Sequence record: DRR378314_424
Reading direction: 5' to 3' (one strand)
DNA: 64,000 nucleotides
Each line of letters opens with the position of its first letter. Within the stretch, counting starts at the first letter, position 1. Made by a program: the position numbers and the translations under genes. The notes under the pieces are model-generated. The model was not told the origin of the DNA. It ran no database searches and saw only the letters and a program-made list of their open reading frames with translations. Below are positions 52,564 through 61,795 of the stretch, piece by piece.

Positions 52564-53583
52564 ATGCTGGGTGAAATCATGACGGAGGTCTTCTCCGTAT
52601 CGGGCCTGTTTACGCTGTTGATGTTGTTGATGCTGCAGGCCGTGCTCGGCTTCGACAACCTGCTCTACATCTCGATCGAATCAAAACGCGTTGGCGAAGA
52701 GAAAGCGCCGATGGTTCGCCAATGGGGCATCGGCCTCGCGGTCGCTTTCAGGATCATCCTGCTCTTCATCATCGTCGCTCTGTTCGATGCATTGGCCGAG
52801 CCGCTGTTCGGATTTCATCTGACCGGGTTCTTTGAAGGCGAGTTTACCTTCCAGAGCCTCATCACGCTCGCGGGCGGCGCGTTCATCATCTACACCGCGA
52901 TCAAGGAAATCACCCACCTGCTGACGGTCGACCACATTGAGCACAGCGAAGGCGGCAAGGCCAAATCGGTCATGCAGGCCATCACGCTGATCGTGGCAAT
53001 GAACCTCGTCTTCTCATTCGACTCCATCCTTTCCGCGATGGCGATTGCAAACGTCGAAGTCGCAAACATTGTATCGGCCAGCGGCGAGGTGATCGACACG
53101 TTCAAGGGCACTGTGACGGATTGCAAGTCCGCCCTGATCAGCACGCCCATCGAAGGCGCTGTCGGCTGTCGTCCCGGCAAGGATTATCAAGTCTGGCTGA
53201 TGGCGATCGCGATTATCGTATCCGGTATCGTGATGGCACTCATGGCCGACGCGGTCGCTGAGTTCCTCAAGAAGAACCGAATGTACGAAGTTCTCGGCCT
53301 CTTCATCCTGTTCCTGGTCGGGGTCCTGCTGGTCACTGAAGGCGCCCATCTGGCTCACATGAAACTGTTCACCTTCACCATCGAAGCCATGAGCAAATCG
53401 AGCTTCTACCTCGTCATCTTCGTACTGGTGGTCACCGACATCATCTCGACCAACTACCAGAAGCGTCTCTGGCGGCAGCGCGAAGCGGAACTCCAAGCCC
53501 ACGGAGAATCCGAATCCGTTGTCGCTGCGGTTGACGATGAAATGGATAGGAAGCCACCGATCTTCACAGGCTTCAGACTGTAA
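52564..53583 (+). CDS. TerC family membrane protein
   Basis: LQAVLGFDNLLYISI, MNLVFSFDSILSA, FLKKNRMYEVLGL. Confidence 0.9.
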   Translation: MLGEIMTEVFSVSGLFTLLMLLMLQAVLGFDNLLYISIESKRVGEEKAPMVRQWGIGLAVAFRIILLFIIVALFDALAEPLFGFHLTGFFEGEFTFQSLITLAGGAFIIYTAIKEITHLLTVDHIEHSEGGKAKSVMQAITLIVAMNLVFSFDSILSAMAIANVEVANIVSASGEVIDTFKGTVTDCKSALISTPIEGAVGCRPGKDYQVWLMAIAIIVSGIVMALMADAVAEFLKKNRMYEVLGLFILFLVGVLLVTEGAHLAHMKLFTFTIEAMSKSSFYLVIFVLVVTDIISTNYQKRLWRQREAELQAHGESESVVAAVDDEMDRKPPIFTGFRL

Positions 53584-53614
53584 GGAACGGCGCTACTGGA
53601 CGCCCTGTTGCCGA

Positions 53615-54784
53615 CTAGCGCAGCAGGGCCGTCCGCCTGCTGATGCGCAGGGCCATCTTGTTGCCCTTGCGACCGATCTGGCCCTCTGCAACCACAGCGC
53701 CGTCGCGGCCACCAGTCAGCAATTCGACAGGCTGGTCTGATGGCAGGCCAAGCAGCAGGGTCGAGCCTGGCTTGAGGTCTGCAAGACGCGAGAGCGGCAC
53801 GCTGAGCGATGCGATACGCGCGGTCAGAACGGCAGTCATCGCCCCTGCCCCCGCTGCTGCTGGTGCAGCTGCAGGCGCACTCAAAGTCATCTGGCGAGAC
53901 CGGACAGGCGCCGGTTCACTCGCGCCATCGAACAGGTCGTCCTCCGCCATGATCAGACGCGCTGGCATCTTTGCGTCATTCACGCGCACATCGAGGTCAA
54001 GAATCGTGGTCTGCCCCGGACCGGCCAGCGCGGACGCAAATTCCGGATCCGTCTCGATGCGGGAGAATTTCAGCGACGACGCCAAGGCCGCGCCCAATGG
54101 TCGAACCAGCCCTTCCAGCAGCGCCGCATCCATCGGCGTCAACATGCGCGCCTTCTGTTGGGATGGGTGTCCACCGCACGCCGTTTCGATCAAGGCATTC
54201 GCCAGCGGCGCGCTGATCACCAGCATCGCGGCAATCTCTCCGCCGGGCGCGGTGAAGCAGGCGATCGCTGATCCCGTACCTGCGCAATCTGTCTGTAGAC
54301 CCTGGTCGAAACTGCCCCGTGCACTCGCGCGCGCCAGAGCGGCGGCCTTCAGGCCACATCCATCACGCAGGGCGAGACTCAGGCGAGACGCCATCCGGCG
54401 TGCCTCGTCGGTCACATCGGTCGGTTGCGCAGGCGGCAAGGCGAGGTCGCGAACCTGTACGTCTTCCACCTGCTCCGGCTCGGGTTCAGGCTCCGGCATG
54501 TCATCCAGATTGGGTCGCAGCAGCGCTTCGATTTCCGCCGCGCTCAGAACACCGCGCGACGTCGGCAACGGACGATCGGGCGTGATCGGCTCGAACGTTG
54601 TTGGCATGTCCAACATGATGTCGGACTCACGTCGAGGTGACATGTCCCATCCATCATCAGCAGCAAGAGGCAAGTCGGTCTTCATGGAGCGGTCGGCCGG
54701 TTCTTGGGTTCCTGACCGTTTTGCGCCAGATACGGTTAACGACTGGTTAGGAATTTCCTCTTTCGTCCGCTCATCGTCAGCCAT
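53615..54784 (-). CDS. FliM/FliY-like flagellar switch paralog (FliMN_C domain)
   Basis: LSAAEIEALL resembles the FliM CheY-binding peptide; C-terminal LSRLADLKPGSTLLL...AEGQIGRKGNKMALRI SpoA domain. Confidence 0.8.
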   Translation of the reverse strand: MADDERTKEEIPNQSLTVSGAKRSGTQEPADRSMKTDLPLAADDGWDMSPRRESDIMLDMPTTFEPITPDRPLPTSRGVLSAAEIEALLRPNLDDMPEPEPEPEQVEDVQVRDLALPPAQPTDVTDEARRMASRLSLALRDGCGLKAAALARASARGSFDQGLQTDCAGTGSAIACFTAPGGEIAAMLVISAPLANALIETACGGHPSQQKARMLTPMDAALLEGLVRPLGAALASSLKFSRIETDPEFASALAGPGQTTILDLDVRVNDAKMPARLIMAEDDLFDGASEPAPVRSRQMTLSAPAAAPAAAGAGAMTAVLTARIASLSVPLSRLADLKPGSTLLLGLPSDQPVELLTGGRDGAVVAEGQIGRKGNKMALRISRRTALLR

Positions 54785-54966
54785 GATTCTACCCTGGTCT
54801 CCGTTGGGATTAATGCAGGCGCACTTCACGTTAAGTATCACGAGCTGGCGTTAAGGCCTTGATTACGATGCTGTAAGACATCGTTTGGACCTTCATGCCA
54901 TTATGCCTTCATCGCATGAGGCACCAAGCATAACCGCCGAAGCGTTGGGTAGATTGGGCGAAAGAA

Positions 54967-55005
54967 AACGGCGGTAATCCGATGCCGGATTACCGCCGTT
55001 GTTTT
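54967..55005. terminator. Intrinsic terminator downstream of dksA
   Basis: AACGGCGGTAATCCG-ATGC-CGGATTACCGCCGTT perfect 15-bp stem with A/T flanks. Confidence 0.9.
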
Positions 55006-55024
55006 ATTCCGAACTGGAATTGAG

Positions 55025-55441
55025 TTAGTCGTCTCGCAGCGTGCGCTCTTTGCGCTCATGGCGCTCCTGCGCCTCAAGGCTGAGCGTGGCGGTCGGGCGC
55101 GCTTCCAGGCGACGCAGACCAATCGGCTCACCCGTCACTTCGCAATAGCCGTAAGATCCATCATCGATGCGGCGCAGCGCCGAGTCGATCTTGGAGATCA
55201 GCTTGCGCTGTCGGTCCCTCGTGCGCAGCTCAAGCGCCTTGTCGCTTTCGGCAGACGCGCGATCCACGATGTCCGGCAAGGATCCTGACTCACCCTGCAG
55301 ATTGTTGATCGTCTGCTTTGCGCCATCAAGAATGTCAGCCTTCCAGTTTTCCAGAAGCCGACGGAAGTAGGCGAGCTGGCGCTCGTTCATGAACTCCTCG
55401 TCGTCCGAGGGGCGATAGTCGTCCGATAGGTCAACACTCAT
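55025..55441 (-). CDS. dksA: RNA polymerase-binding protein DksA
   Basis: EEFMNERQL, DIVDRA, RTRDRQRKLISKID, YGYCEVTGEPIG..RLEARP. Confidence 0.98.
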   Translation of the reverse strand: MSVDLSDDYRPSDDEEFMNERQLAYFRRLLENWKADILDGAKQTINNLQGESGSLPDIVDRASAESDKALELRTRDRQRKLISKIDSALRRIDDGSYGYCEVTGEPIGLRRLEARPTATLSLEAQERHERKERTLRDD

Positions 55442-55701
55442 CGCTTATTCACCTTACTCTGTTTGGGGGCGGATATAGACCGCCTAGTGATTCTCTGCAA
55501 TTCCTGCCGCTGAGTAATTTTTGCCAATGTTTTCAGTCAATTGAGGCAAAATCATGTAATCTTCATGAGATTGTTACCAATCGACTGCGTCGTATTCCGA
55601 GAAATTCGGTGCAATTTACAGGCCAGCCCTTGATCTTTCTCGCGACGATGCGCTGAATGAAATCTGTCCCAAACACTACGGATGCATTGGTTTCAGCGTA
55701 C

Positions 55702-57021
55702 ATGGCCCGACGCCGGAAAACTATGGATAAGACGTCCGGCTGGATGCAGGCAGTTGTCTTCAACTCGCTGCTGGTCCTCATGCCTGTCATCGCCGCGCAG
55801 AGCCTCTCAATGGCATTCTCCGGCGAAGGGTTCTCCGACACACCCACCATCGAAGCCATCGACCAGACCCGCCGCAACATGGACGAGTCCTTTGCCTCCA
55901 TCTCTCCGCGCAGCGGCGGCGACAAATACAAATTCTGGCACGACATCGTCGAACGCGAACTGACCGATATGGACGTTTCCGCGGCGCGTGGTTTCCTGCT
56001 GGCTGCACCCGAAATGCTTGACCGTGAATCTGTGCGGGAGCTTCAGGCAGATTCAGACGGGGTGAAGATGGACCGCGCGGATGATCGCCTGGCCGCTGCC
56101 GCCTTGCGCAAGCTTCCGCTCGATATTGGCCTGAAATTCGAAGAGGCAGAAGCTGCCGCTGGCCGCAAGACATTTGCATCCACATCGTCCGCTCTGGACG
56201 AAACTGATGAAGCGGAAGACACAAACCCGGACACGGATGCTGAAACGGCAGACACGTCGGACCTGGGCGAGGAAGCCGAAACCGAGGTGACCCTTGCGGC
56301 GAGCGCCCGTTCGGCCGACCGGCGCTTCATCCTGCTCGGCACGTTCGCGGACCTTGCCAACAATTCAGAGCGCTGGGTAAAGGGCGACCGGGTTGATCCG
56401 ATTACGCTGAAAGTGACGGCCATCGGCCTCATCGGTGCCGAGAGCGCGGATGGCGTGGGCGACGGGAATGTCCGGGCGGCGTCCATCCTGAAGTCCGCCC
56501 GGCGCGCCCGGCGAATGACCCCGGAATTCACGACCTATATGCGCAACCGGCTGAACGATGCGATTCCCGACTCGGCACTCCGCCCTGCCCTGGAAGACGT
56601 TTTCGATGAACTGGCCACAACCAGCGTGCGTGTTGATCGTGTGCGGGACGCCTATATGAGCGCCATTGATCCGGCGGGCCTGCAGCAACTCGAGGCAGAC
56701 CTCGTCCAGATCGACCGGATCGGCATGTTAACGAGCACGCCCGCAGCCATCACTTTGATCGAGCATGTAAAAGACGAAGCGGATCTGCGTCGCGCGCGCC
56801 TGCTGGCCGAGGCTGGCGGTGACCGCTCTGTTGCTCTGGTCAAGCAGAATGGCGAAGACGCCCTGCGCATTGCCGACACCGGAATCAAGTGGACCCGCGA
56901 CCTGATGTTTCAGGTCATGGGCCTTACTGCGTCTGGGCTGGCCCTGCTCTATGTGATGATCGCAACGTTCCGCCGGAATGTCCGCCTTCCGAAAAAGCGT
57001 ATCGAGCCGACAGGAATCTGA
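55702..57021 (+). CDS. Hypothetical membrane-anchored protein (N- and C-terminal TM, acidic linker)
   Basis: Long ORF with host-like codon bias; two TM segments; start uncertain (55657/55702/55723). Confidence 0.8.
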   Translation: MARRRKTMDKTSGWMQAVVFNSLLVLMPVIAAQSLSMAFSGEGFSDTPTIEAIDQTRRNMDESFASISPRSGGDKYKFWHDIVERELTDMDVSAARGFLLAAPEMLDRESVRELQADSDGVKMDRADDRLAAAALRKLPLDIGLKFEEAEAAAGRKTFASTSSALDETDEAEDTNPDTDAETADTSDLGEEAETEVTLAASARSADRRFILLGTFADLANNSERWVKGDRVDPITLKVTAIGLIGAESADGVGDGNVRAASILKSARRARRMTPEFTTYMRNRLNDAIPDSALRPALEDVFDELATTSVRVDRVRDAYMSAIDPAGLQQLEADLVQIDRIGMLTSTPAAITLIEHVKDEADLRRARLLAEAGGDRSVALVKQNGEDALRIADTGIKWTRDLMFQVMGLTASGLALLYVMIATFRRNVRLPKKRIEPTGI

Positions 57022-57024
57022 TCG

Positions 57025-57672
57025 CTAGAGATTGAATGCGCCGCGAATGCCATCGATCAGAAGCTGAACGGACAAGGCCGCAAGAATGACGCCCAGGATC
57101 CGCGTCAGCGCGCCCGCAACACTTGCCCCCATAAGTCTGACCAGTGGCCCCGCAGCCAGGAAGATCAGAAGCGTCAGCGCAAGGTTCAGGCCGATCGCAG
57201 ACAGGACAATCCCCTTCTCGATCCAGTCGGACTTGTCAGACATGTAGAACATGGCCGTGGCGATCGTACCCGGCCCGGCGACCATTGGAATGCCAAGCGG
57301 GAACACGGATACATCATCCGGCTCGGGGTCTGCTGCGTGGCTTCCCAAATGTTCCTCGGCGCGGTGTTCCCGGCGTTCCGTCCGTTTCTCGAACACCATG
57401 TCGAGCGCGATCATGAACAGCAGGATGCCGCCGGCAGCCCGGAACGCATCAATCGAGATGTGCATTGCGCCGAGTAGCCAGGAGCCGCCAAACGCAAACC
57501 CATAAATGATAATCGTGGCGACAATAATCGACTTGATCGCCATTCGGCGACGATAGGCGGCATCACCACTCGCCGTCAGCGTCGCAAACACGGGCGCGAC
57601 GCCCAAGGCGTCGATCAGGACGAAAAAGGTGACAAAGGATGCGGTAAAAAGAGAGATCAGTTCGGCGCTCAT
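57025..57672 (-). CDS. MarC family membrane protein
   Basis: ISIDAFRAAGGILL, VFPLGIPMVAGPGTI, TRILGVILAALSVQ. Confidence 0.95.
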   Translation of the reverse strand: MSAELISLFTASFVTFFVLIDALGVAPVFATLTASGDAAYRRRMAIKSIIVATIIIYGFAFGGSWLLGAMHISIDAFRAAGGILLFMIALDMVFEKRTERREHRAEEHLGSHAADPEPDDVSVFPLGIPMVAGPGTIATAMFYMSDKSDWIEKGIVLSAIGLNLALTLLIFLAAGPLVRLMGASVAGALTRILGVILAALSVQLLIDGIRGAFNL

Positions 57673-57681
57673 GCGCGCGAC

Positions 57682-57990
57682 CTAATCTTTTTGGTCCGCT
57701 GCGTCGAGGATTTCCTGCACGAGCGGCGCAACAATCACTGCATCTCCCATGCCCGCGAACCGGGACAGGTCAGCGCCGCCAGAGGCAAGGGACATCATCA
57801 TACGATGGCCGCGCAGACGCTGCAGCAAGCCTTCCTCACCACGATGGCCATCTGCTGTGGCTGTGCGGCCGTGTCCGAGATCCACCAACAAGCCTTCACC
57901 CTTCCCGGCCTCCAGCAGGGAGATTGCCTCATCTAGCGAGACAGCCTTCGGATCAGGGAGTGGGTCCATGCGCATTGGTTTCGCCATCAT
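57682..57990 (-). CDS. Hypothetical protein coupled to flbT
   Basis: ATGA overlap with the flbT stop; fills the gap to marC. Confidence 0.65.
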   Translation of the reverse strand: MMAKPMRMDPLPDPKAVSLDEAISLLEAGKGEGLLVDLGHGRTATADGHRGEEGLLQRLRGHRMMMSLASGGADLSRFAGMGDAVIVAPLVQEILDAADQKD

Positions 57991-58373
57991 TCCGGTCCTC
58001 GCGCGTCAGCGGCCATCAGCTTTCTGCACCGGCTCAGCGCGCGATATAGATTGGAACTGGCAACATCGGCCGAAATTTCCAGAACATTTTCACGGTCTTC
58101 ATCGCTTTCGCAGACGGCGAGCAACCCTGCGATGGCTTCAGCTGCCTGCGCATATGGCGGACCATCGACCTCGCCGAGCAGGTACATCTGCATGATCGCG
58201 AAATAGGCGCGCCCCGCCTGCGTGGTCGCTTCGGTAGGTCTCAGAATATCCTTCTCGCGCAGCACTCGGGCGCGCGTTTCGAGCAGAAGTACGCCACGCC
58301 GGTCGCCATTTCTGACAACCGCGCCGTTCACCACGAATGTTTCGCCCGGCTTGAGGGACAGCTTCAATGGCAT
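57987..58373 (-). CDS. flbT: Flagellar biosynthesis regulator FlbT family protein
   Basis: MPLKLSLKPGETFVVNGAVVRNGDRR, VLREKDIL, YRALSRCRKL. Confidence 0.92.
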   Translation of the reverse strand: MPLKLSLKPGETFVVNGAVVRNGDRRGVLLLETRARVLREKDILRPTEATTQAGRAYFAIMQMYLLGEVDGPPYAQAAEAIAGLLAVCESDEDRENVLEISADVASSNLYRALSRCRKLMAADARGPE

Positions 58374-58767
58374 AGCGTCTGATTCCACTCCTGCAGATTT
58401 TGATAAAATTTGCAGAAAGGCGTTAACGCTTGATTGCGATTGCGTAAGTCTGTCAAAAATCTGCAATCAATTGCATACCATAAAGGCACCATGCGCCCGG
58501 TTCCCGAATGCGTAGGATCAACAGGCCTGCGAGGGGTTTGGTCCGTCACGGTCCTCAGGGGACGACCTAACCAAATCCAGCGCGGCACTCATCTGAAGCT
58601 TGAGGCACTGCGGCGGTACGCATGGCTGACTTCCTTTTACCACAGAGCCTCCCTGCGCAAAAATGAATTCAATGCTGCAGCGCGGCAGCTGCCCTTTCGC
58701 CACGTCAGCGCTTGCTCCTCAGGCCCGCCACACTATTGTTGGGTCAGACCCAGATGAGGAAGAATTC

Positions 58768-59643
58768 ATGCGTTTTGAAGGCACCCAGGATTATGTCGCC
58801 ACCGATGATTTGAAAGTGGCAGTCAACGCGGCAATCGCTTTGGAGCGTCCGCTCCTGATCAAGGGTGAACCCGGCACCGGTAAAACCGTCCTCGCCGTTG
58901 AAGTGGCCAAAGCGCTCGGCGCAGAACTGATCGAGTGGCACATCAAATCTACAACGAAAGCCAGCCAGGGCCTTTACGAATATGATGCGGTCTCCCGGCT
59001 GCGCGACGGCCAGATGGGTGAAGAGCGCGCGAAGGACGTGGCGAACTACATCAAGAAGGGCAAGCTGTGGGAAGCGTTCACCGCTGAAAAGCGCCCAATC
59101 CTGCTGATTGACGAGATCGACAAGGCCGACATCGAATTCCCGAACGACCTCCTGCAAGAGCTCGACCGGATGGAGTTCTATGTCTACGAGACCGACCAGA
59201 CCATCAAGGCGAAGCAACGTCCGATCGTGATCATCACATCGAACAATGAAAAGGAACTGCCGGACGCCTTCCTGCGCCGCTGCTTCTTCCACTTCATCAA
59301 GTTCCCGGACGAAGAGACGATGAAAGAGATCGTCGATGTCCACTTCCCGGATATCAAGAACAAGCTGGTCAAGGACGCGCTGACGACCTTCTACGCCATG
59401 CGCGAACTGCCGGGTGTGAAGAAGAAGCCGTCCACGTCTGAGCTACTCGACTGGCTGAAGCTCCTGATGAATGAAGACATTGATCTGGAGACCCTCAAGG
59501 AACAGGATCCGGACCGCCTCACCCCGCCCCTGCATGGCGCACTCCTGAAAAACGAACAGGACGTCGCCCTGTTCGAACGCCTCGCCTTCCTCGCCCGCCG
59601 CGGCGACGGCAATGGCGGCGGCCGCAGAGGCCCGGCGGGTTAA
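58768..59643 (+). CDS. MoxR family AAA+ ATPase
   Basis: GEPGTGKT, LYEYDAVSRL, LIDEIDKAD, ELPDAFLRRC, KKPSTSELLDW. Confidence 0.95.
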   Translation: MRFEGTQDYVATDDLKVAVNAAIALERPLLIKGEPGTGKTVLAVEVAKALGAELIEWHIKSTTKASQGLYEYDAVSRLRDGQMGEERAKDVANYIKKGKLWEAFTAEKRPILLIDEIDKADIEFPNDLLQELDRMEFYVYETDQTIKAKQRPIVIITSNNEKELPDAFLRRCFFHFIKFPDEETMKEIVDVHFPDIKNKLVKDALTTFYAMRELPGVKKKPSTSELLDWLKLLMNEDIDLETLKEQDPDRLTPPLHGALLKNEQDVALFERLAFLARRGDGNGGGRRGPAG

Positions 59644-59765
59644 ATCCGCACCATCAAGATGCAATTACCCCTAATCCGAGATGAACAGATGCGATCATCC
59701 TGAATTGGGCCATTGTGGATGGAATTCGGTCAGAATTTTATCGCACGGCCTTCGTCGTGCTCGGC

Positions 59766-60122
59766 TTAGTCAGACAAGCAAATCTTGTTGCCATCGAGAT
59801 CTCTGACATAAGCAGAATATTTAGGGCCCCGTTGCCCAGGTGCCCCCTCGCACGTACCGCCATGCTCAATGGCTAAGGCGTGAATGCGCCTGACCTCCTC
59901 AACGGTTCCGACGCAGAATCCCACCATAGTGCCGTTCCCGAAAGTCGCCGGCTGTTCGTTGAATGGGCGCGCCACGGCAAAAGCAAAATCCTGCTCCACC
60001 CAATAAGTCATGCGGTCGGACGGAGCAACCTGGTTGAGACCCTGCCGCTCAAACAGCGCTTTGTAGAATCGGACAGCAGCGGGCATGTCATTTGTTCCGA
60101 CGACGAAGTAGTTCATTTTCAT
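59766..60122 (-). CDS. VOC/glyoxalase family protein
   Basis: YFVVGTND, PFNEQPATFGNGTMVGF, GGTCEGAPGQR, AYVRDLDGNK. Confidence 0.92.
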   Translation of the reverse strand: MKMNYFVVGTNDMPAAVRFYKALFERQGLNQVAPSDRMTYWVEQDFAFAVARPFNEQPATFGNGTMVGFCVGTVEEVRRIHALAIEHGGTCEGAPGQRGPKYSAYVRDLDGNKICLSD

Positions 60123-60191
60123 GATGCAATCTCCAATACGCCATTTAGCTAGCGCGTGCGTTGAGGTGTGTGGTGAGAGTTGCTTATTGAA

Positions 60192-60216
60192 AAATGCGAC
60201 ATTTTGTGTCGTATTT
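60192..60216. promoter_or_regulatory. Inverted-repeat operator between the VOC and HTH-WYL genes
   Basis: AAATGCGACA-TTTTG-TGTCGTATTT (9/10), overlapping a TTGAAA -35. Confidence 0.75.
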
Positions 60217-60221
60217 CTTTG

Positions 60222-60947
60222 ATGCCCAGAGCAAATACCTCAGTCAGATTGCGCAGGATAGAATTGCTCGCGGTTGAACTGAAACAGGACTCCCACCGCA
60301 CGGTCAAAGACCTCGCCCGTCAGCACGGCGTCAGCGAACGCACCATCACCCGGGATCTGGCGCTCATGCGGGACCAGGGAATGCAGATTGATGCCGATCG
60401 CGGGCGGGGTGGTGGCGTACGCCTCAATCGAAACTGGGGCGTCGGCCGCCTGAATCTTGATTACTCCGAGGCTGTTGACCTTCTCATCAGCATTGCCGTT
60501 GCGGAGCAAATGAAATCGCCTCTGTTTCTGGCCAATCTCGACTCGGTTCGCCGTCAACTCGTAGCGTCATTCTCGCCAACCAAACGTGAATCTGTTGACC
60601 GATTAAGAGCCCGAATTCTGGTAGGCGCTACGGCCTCGACATATGTGCAGGCCAGTGTCACCGCTCCCCCAAAACGGATTGTTCAATCCTTGCATCAGGC
60701 ATTTATGGATTTGGAAACACTGGAAATCGACTACAAGAGCGAGGATGGCGCGGTATCGCGGCGACGGATTGATCCGCACTACCTCCTGCTAAAATATCCG
60801 GTCTGGTATGTCGTCTCATTTGATCATCTACGAAACGAGCCCCGCACTTTTCGATGTGATCGCATACTAAACGCTTCACGGACCGGTGACGTATTCAGCC
60901 TGTTGCCTAAGAGTACTTTTCAATTGTCGCTCATTTGGAATGACTGA
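60222..60947 (+). CDS. HTH-WYL domain transcriptional regulator
   Basis: GVSERTITRDL, GRGGG, RRIDP..WYVV..RTFRCDRI. Confidence 0.92.
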   Translation: MPRANTSVRLRRIELLAVELKQDSHRTVKDLARQHGVSERTITRDLALMRDQGMQIDADRGRGGGVRLNRNWGVGRLNLDYSEAVDLLISIAVAEQMKSPLFLANLDSVRRQLVASFSPTKRESVDRLRARILVGATASTYVQASVTAPPKRIVQSLHQAFMDLETLEIDYKSEDGAVSRRRIDPHYLLLKYPVWYVVSFDHLRNEPRTFRCDRILNASRTGDVFSLLPKSTFQLSLIWND

Positions 60948-60987
60948 CTGGCTTGGGCGACTACCGATTGGCAACGTCACACGCACC

Positions 60988-61740
60988 TCAATCCTTTGAG
61001 ATGTCGCCCAGCGGCTGCGCCTTGGGCCGCCGGTTGACGTCTTCGCGGCTTTTCAGGAAGTCGGCCATCTTGGTCTTGTCCTGGCGCTCGTCGAACCAGG
61101 TTTTCCAGGCCAGTGTCATCCAAGCGGCATGGAACAGCAGGCCACAGATGATCGAAACCAGACCGGGGATCGGCCCGATATGGGCACGCCGGACAAACTC
61201 TCCCAGAGTCAGCACATCGGTTGGATGGATCGCAATCTTGGCAAAATAGGCCGCGCCCTGAATGGCGAAAATCCAGCCATAATTCCGGCGCAACCGCCGC
61301 CCAATGGCGCGCGCCATGGATATTCGGTATTGCGGCTTTTCGTAATCGTCCGACAGGGCGGTGCCTCGGTCGAGCGGTATCCGGGCGCCCTTCCCGCGCA
61401 GCATGGGGACGTAAAATGCAATCTCCAACACGCGCGCGCGAAACCGCCAGACATAGAAGAATCGATAGCGACGCGCTTCCAGTATCAGGAACATGATGCA
61501 GAGCGCCCCGACCAGCACGATGGGAAAGGGAGATGCGCGATCACTGGCAAAGGATACTGACAGGCCGATCCCGGTCGAGATCACAGCCCAGTTCGTCGTC
61601 TGGTCCAGGCGCTGGCGCCAGATGGTCGAGCGATAGACTTCCGCGCGATAGAGGTGGGCCAGCGCGCCAACCTCCTTGCTGCCCACAATGGCTTCAGGCG
61701 GATCGCCATCAGGATCTTCAGTAAATTCCAAATCGCTCAT
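60988..61740 (-). CDS. DUF2270 membrane protein
   Basis: AHLYRAEV..WRQRLDQTTNWA, EARRYRFF, RRLRRNY. Confidence 0.9.
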   Translation of the reverse strand: MSDLEFTEDPDGDPPEAIVGSKEVGALAHLYRAEVYRSTIWRQRLDQTTNWAVISTGIGLSVSFASDRASPFPIVLVGALCIMFLILEARRYRFFYVWRFRARVLEIAFYVPMLRGKGARIPLDRGTALSDDYEKPQYRISMARAIGRRLRRNYGWIFAIQGAAYFAKIAIHPTDVLTLGEFVRRAHIGPIPGLVSIICGLLFHAAWMTLAWKTWFDERQDKTKMADFLKSREDVNRRPKAQPLGDISKD

Positions 61741-61795
61741 ACGGGCATTCTACGGCGCGAATCTCCGCCGCGCCAAGGGGCAATCGGGCGCGGGC

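Noticed and set aside
55025-55441. DksA with a single Cys instead of a four-Cys zinc finger
   Set aside because: Normal for alphaproteobacterial DksA, not novel
58508-58623. 6S RNA, SRP RNA, hammerhead, or glycine/cobalamin riboswitch identity for the structured element
   Set aside because: Diagnostic conserved sequences of these families not seen
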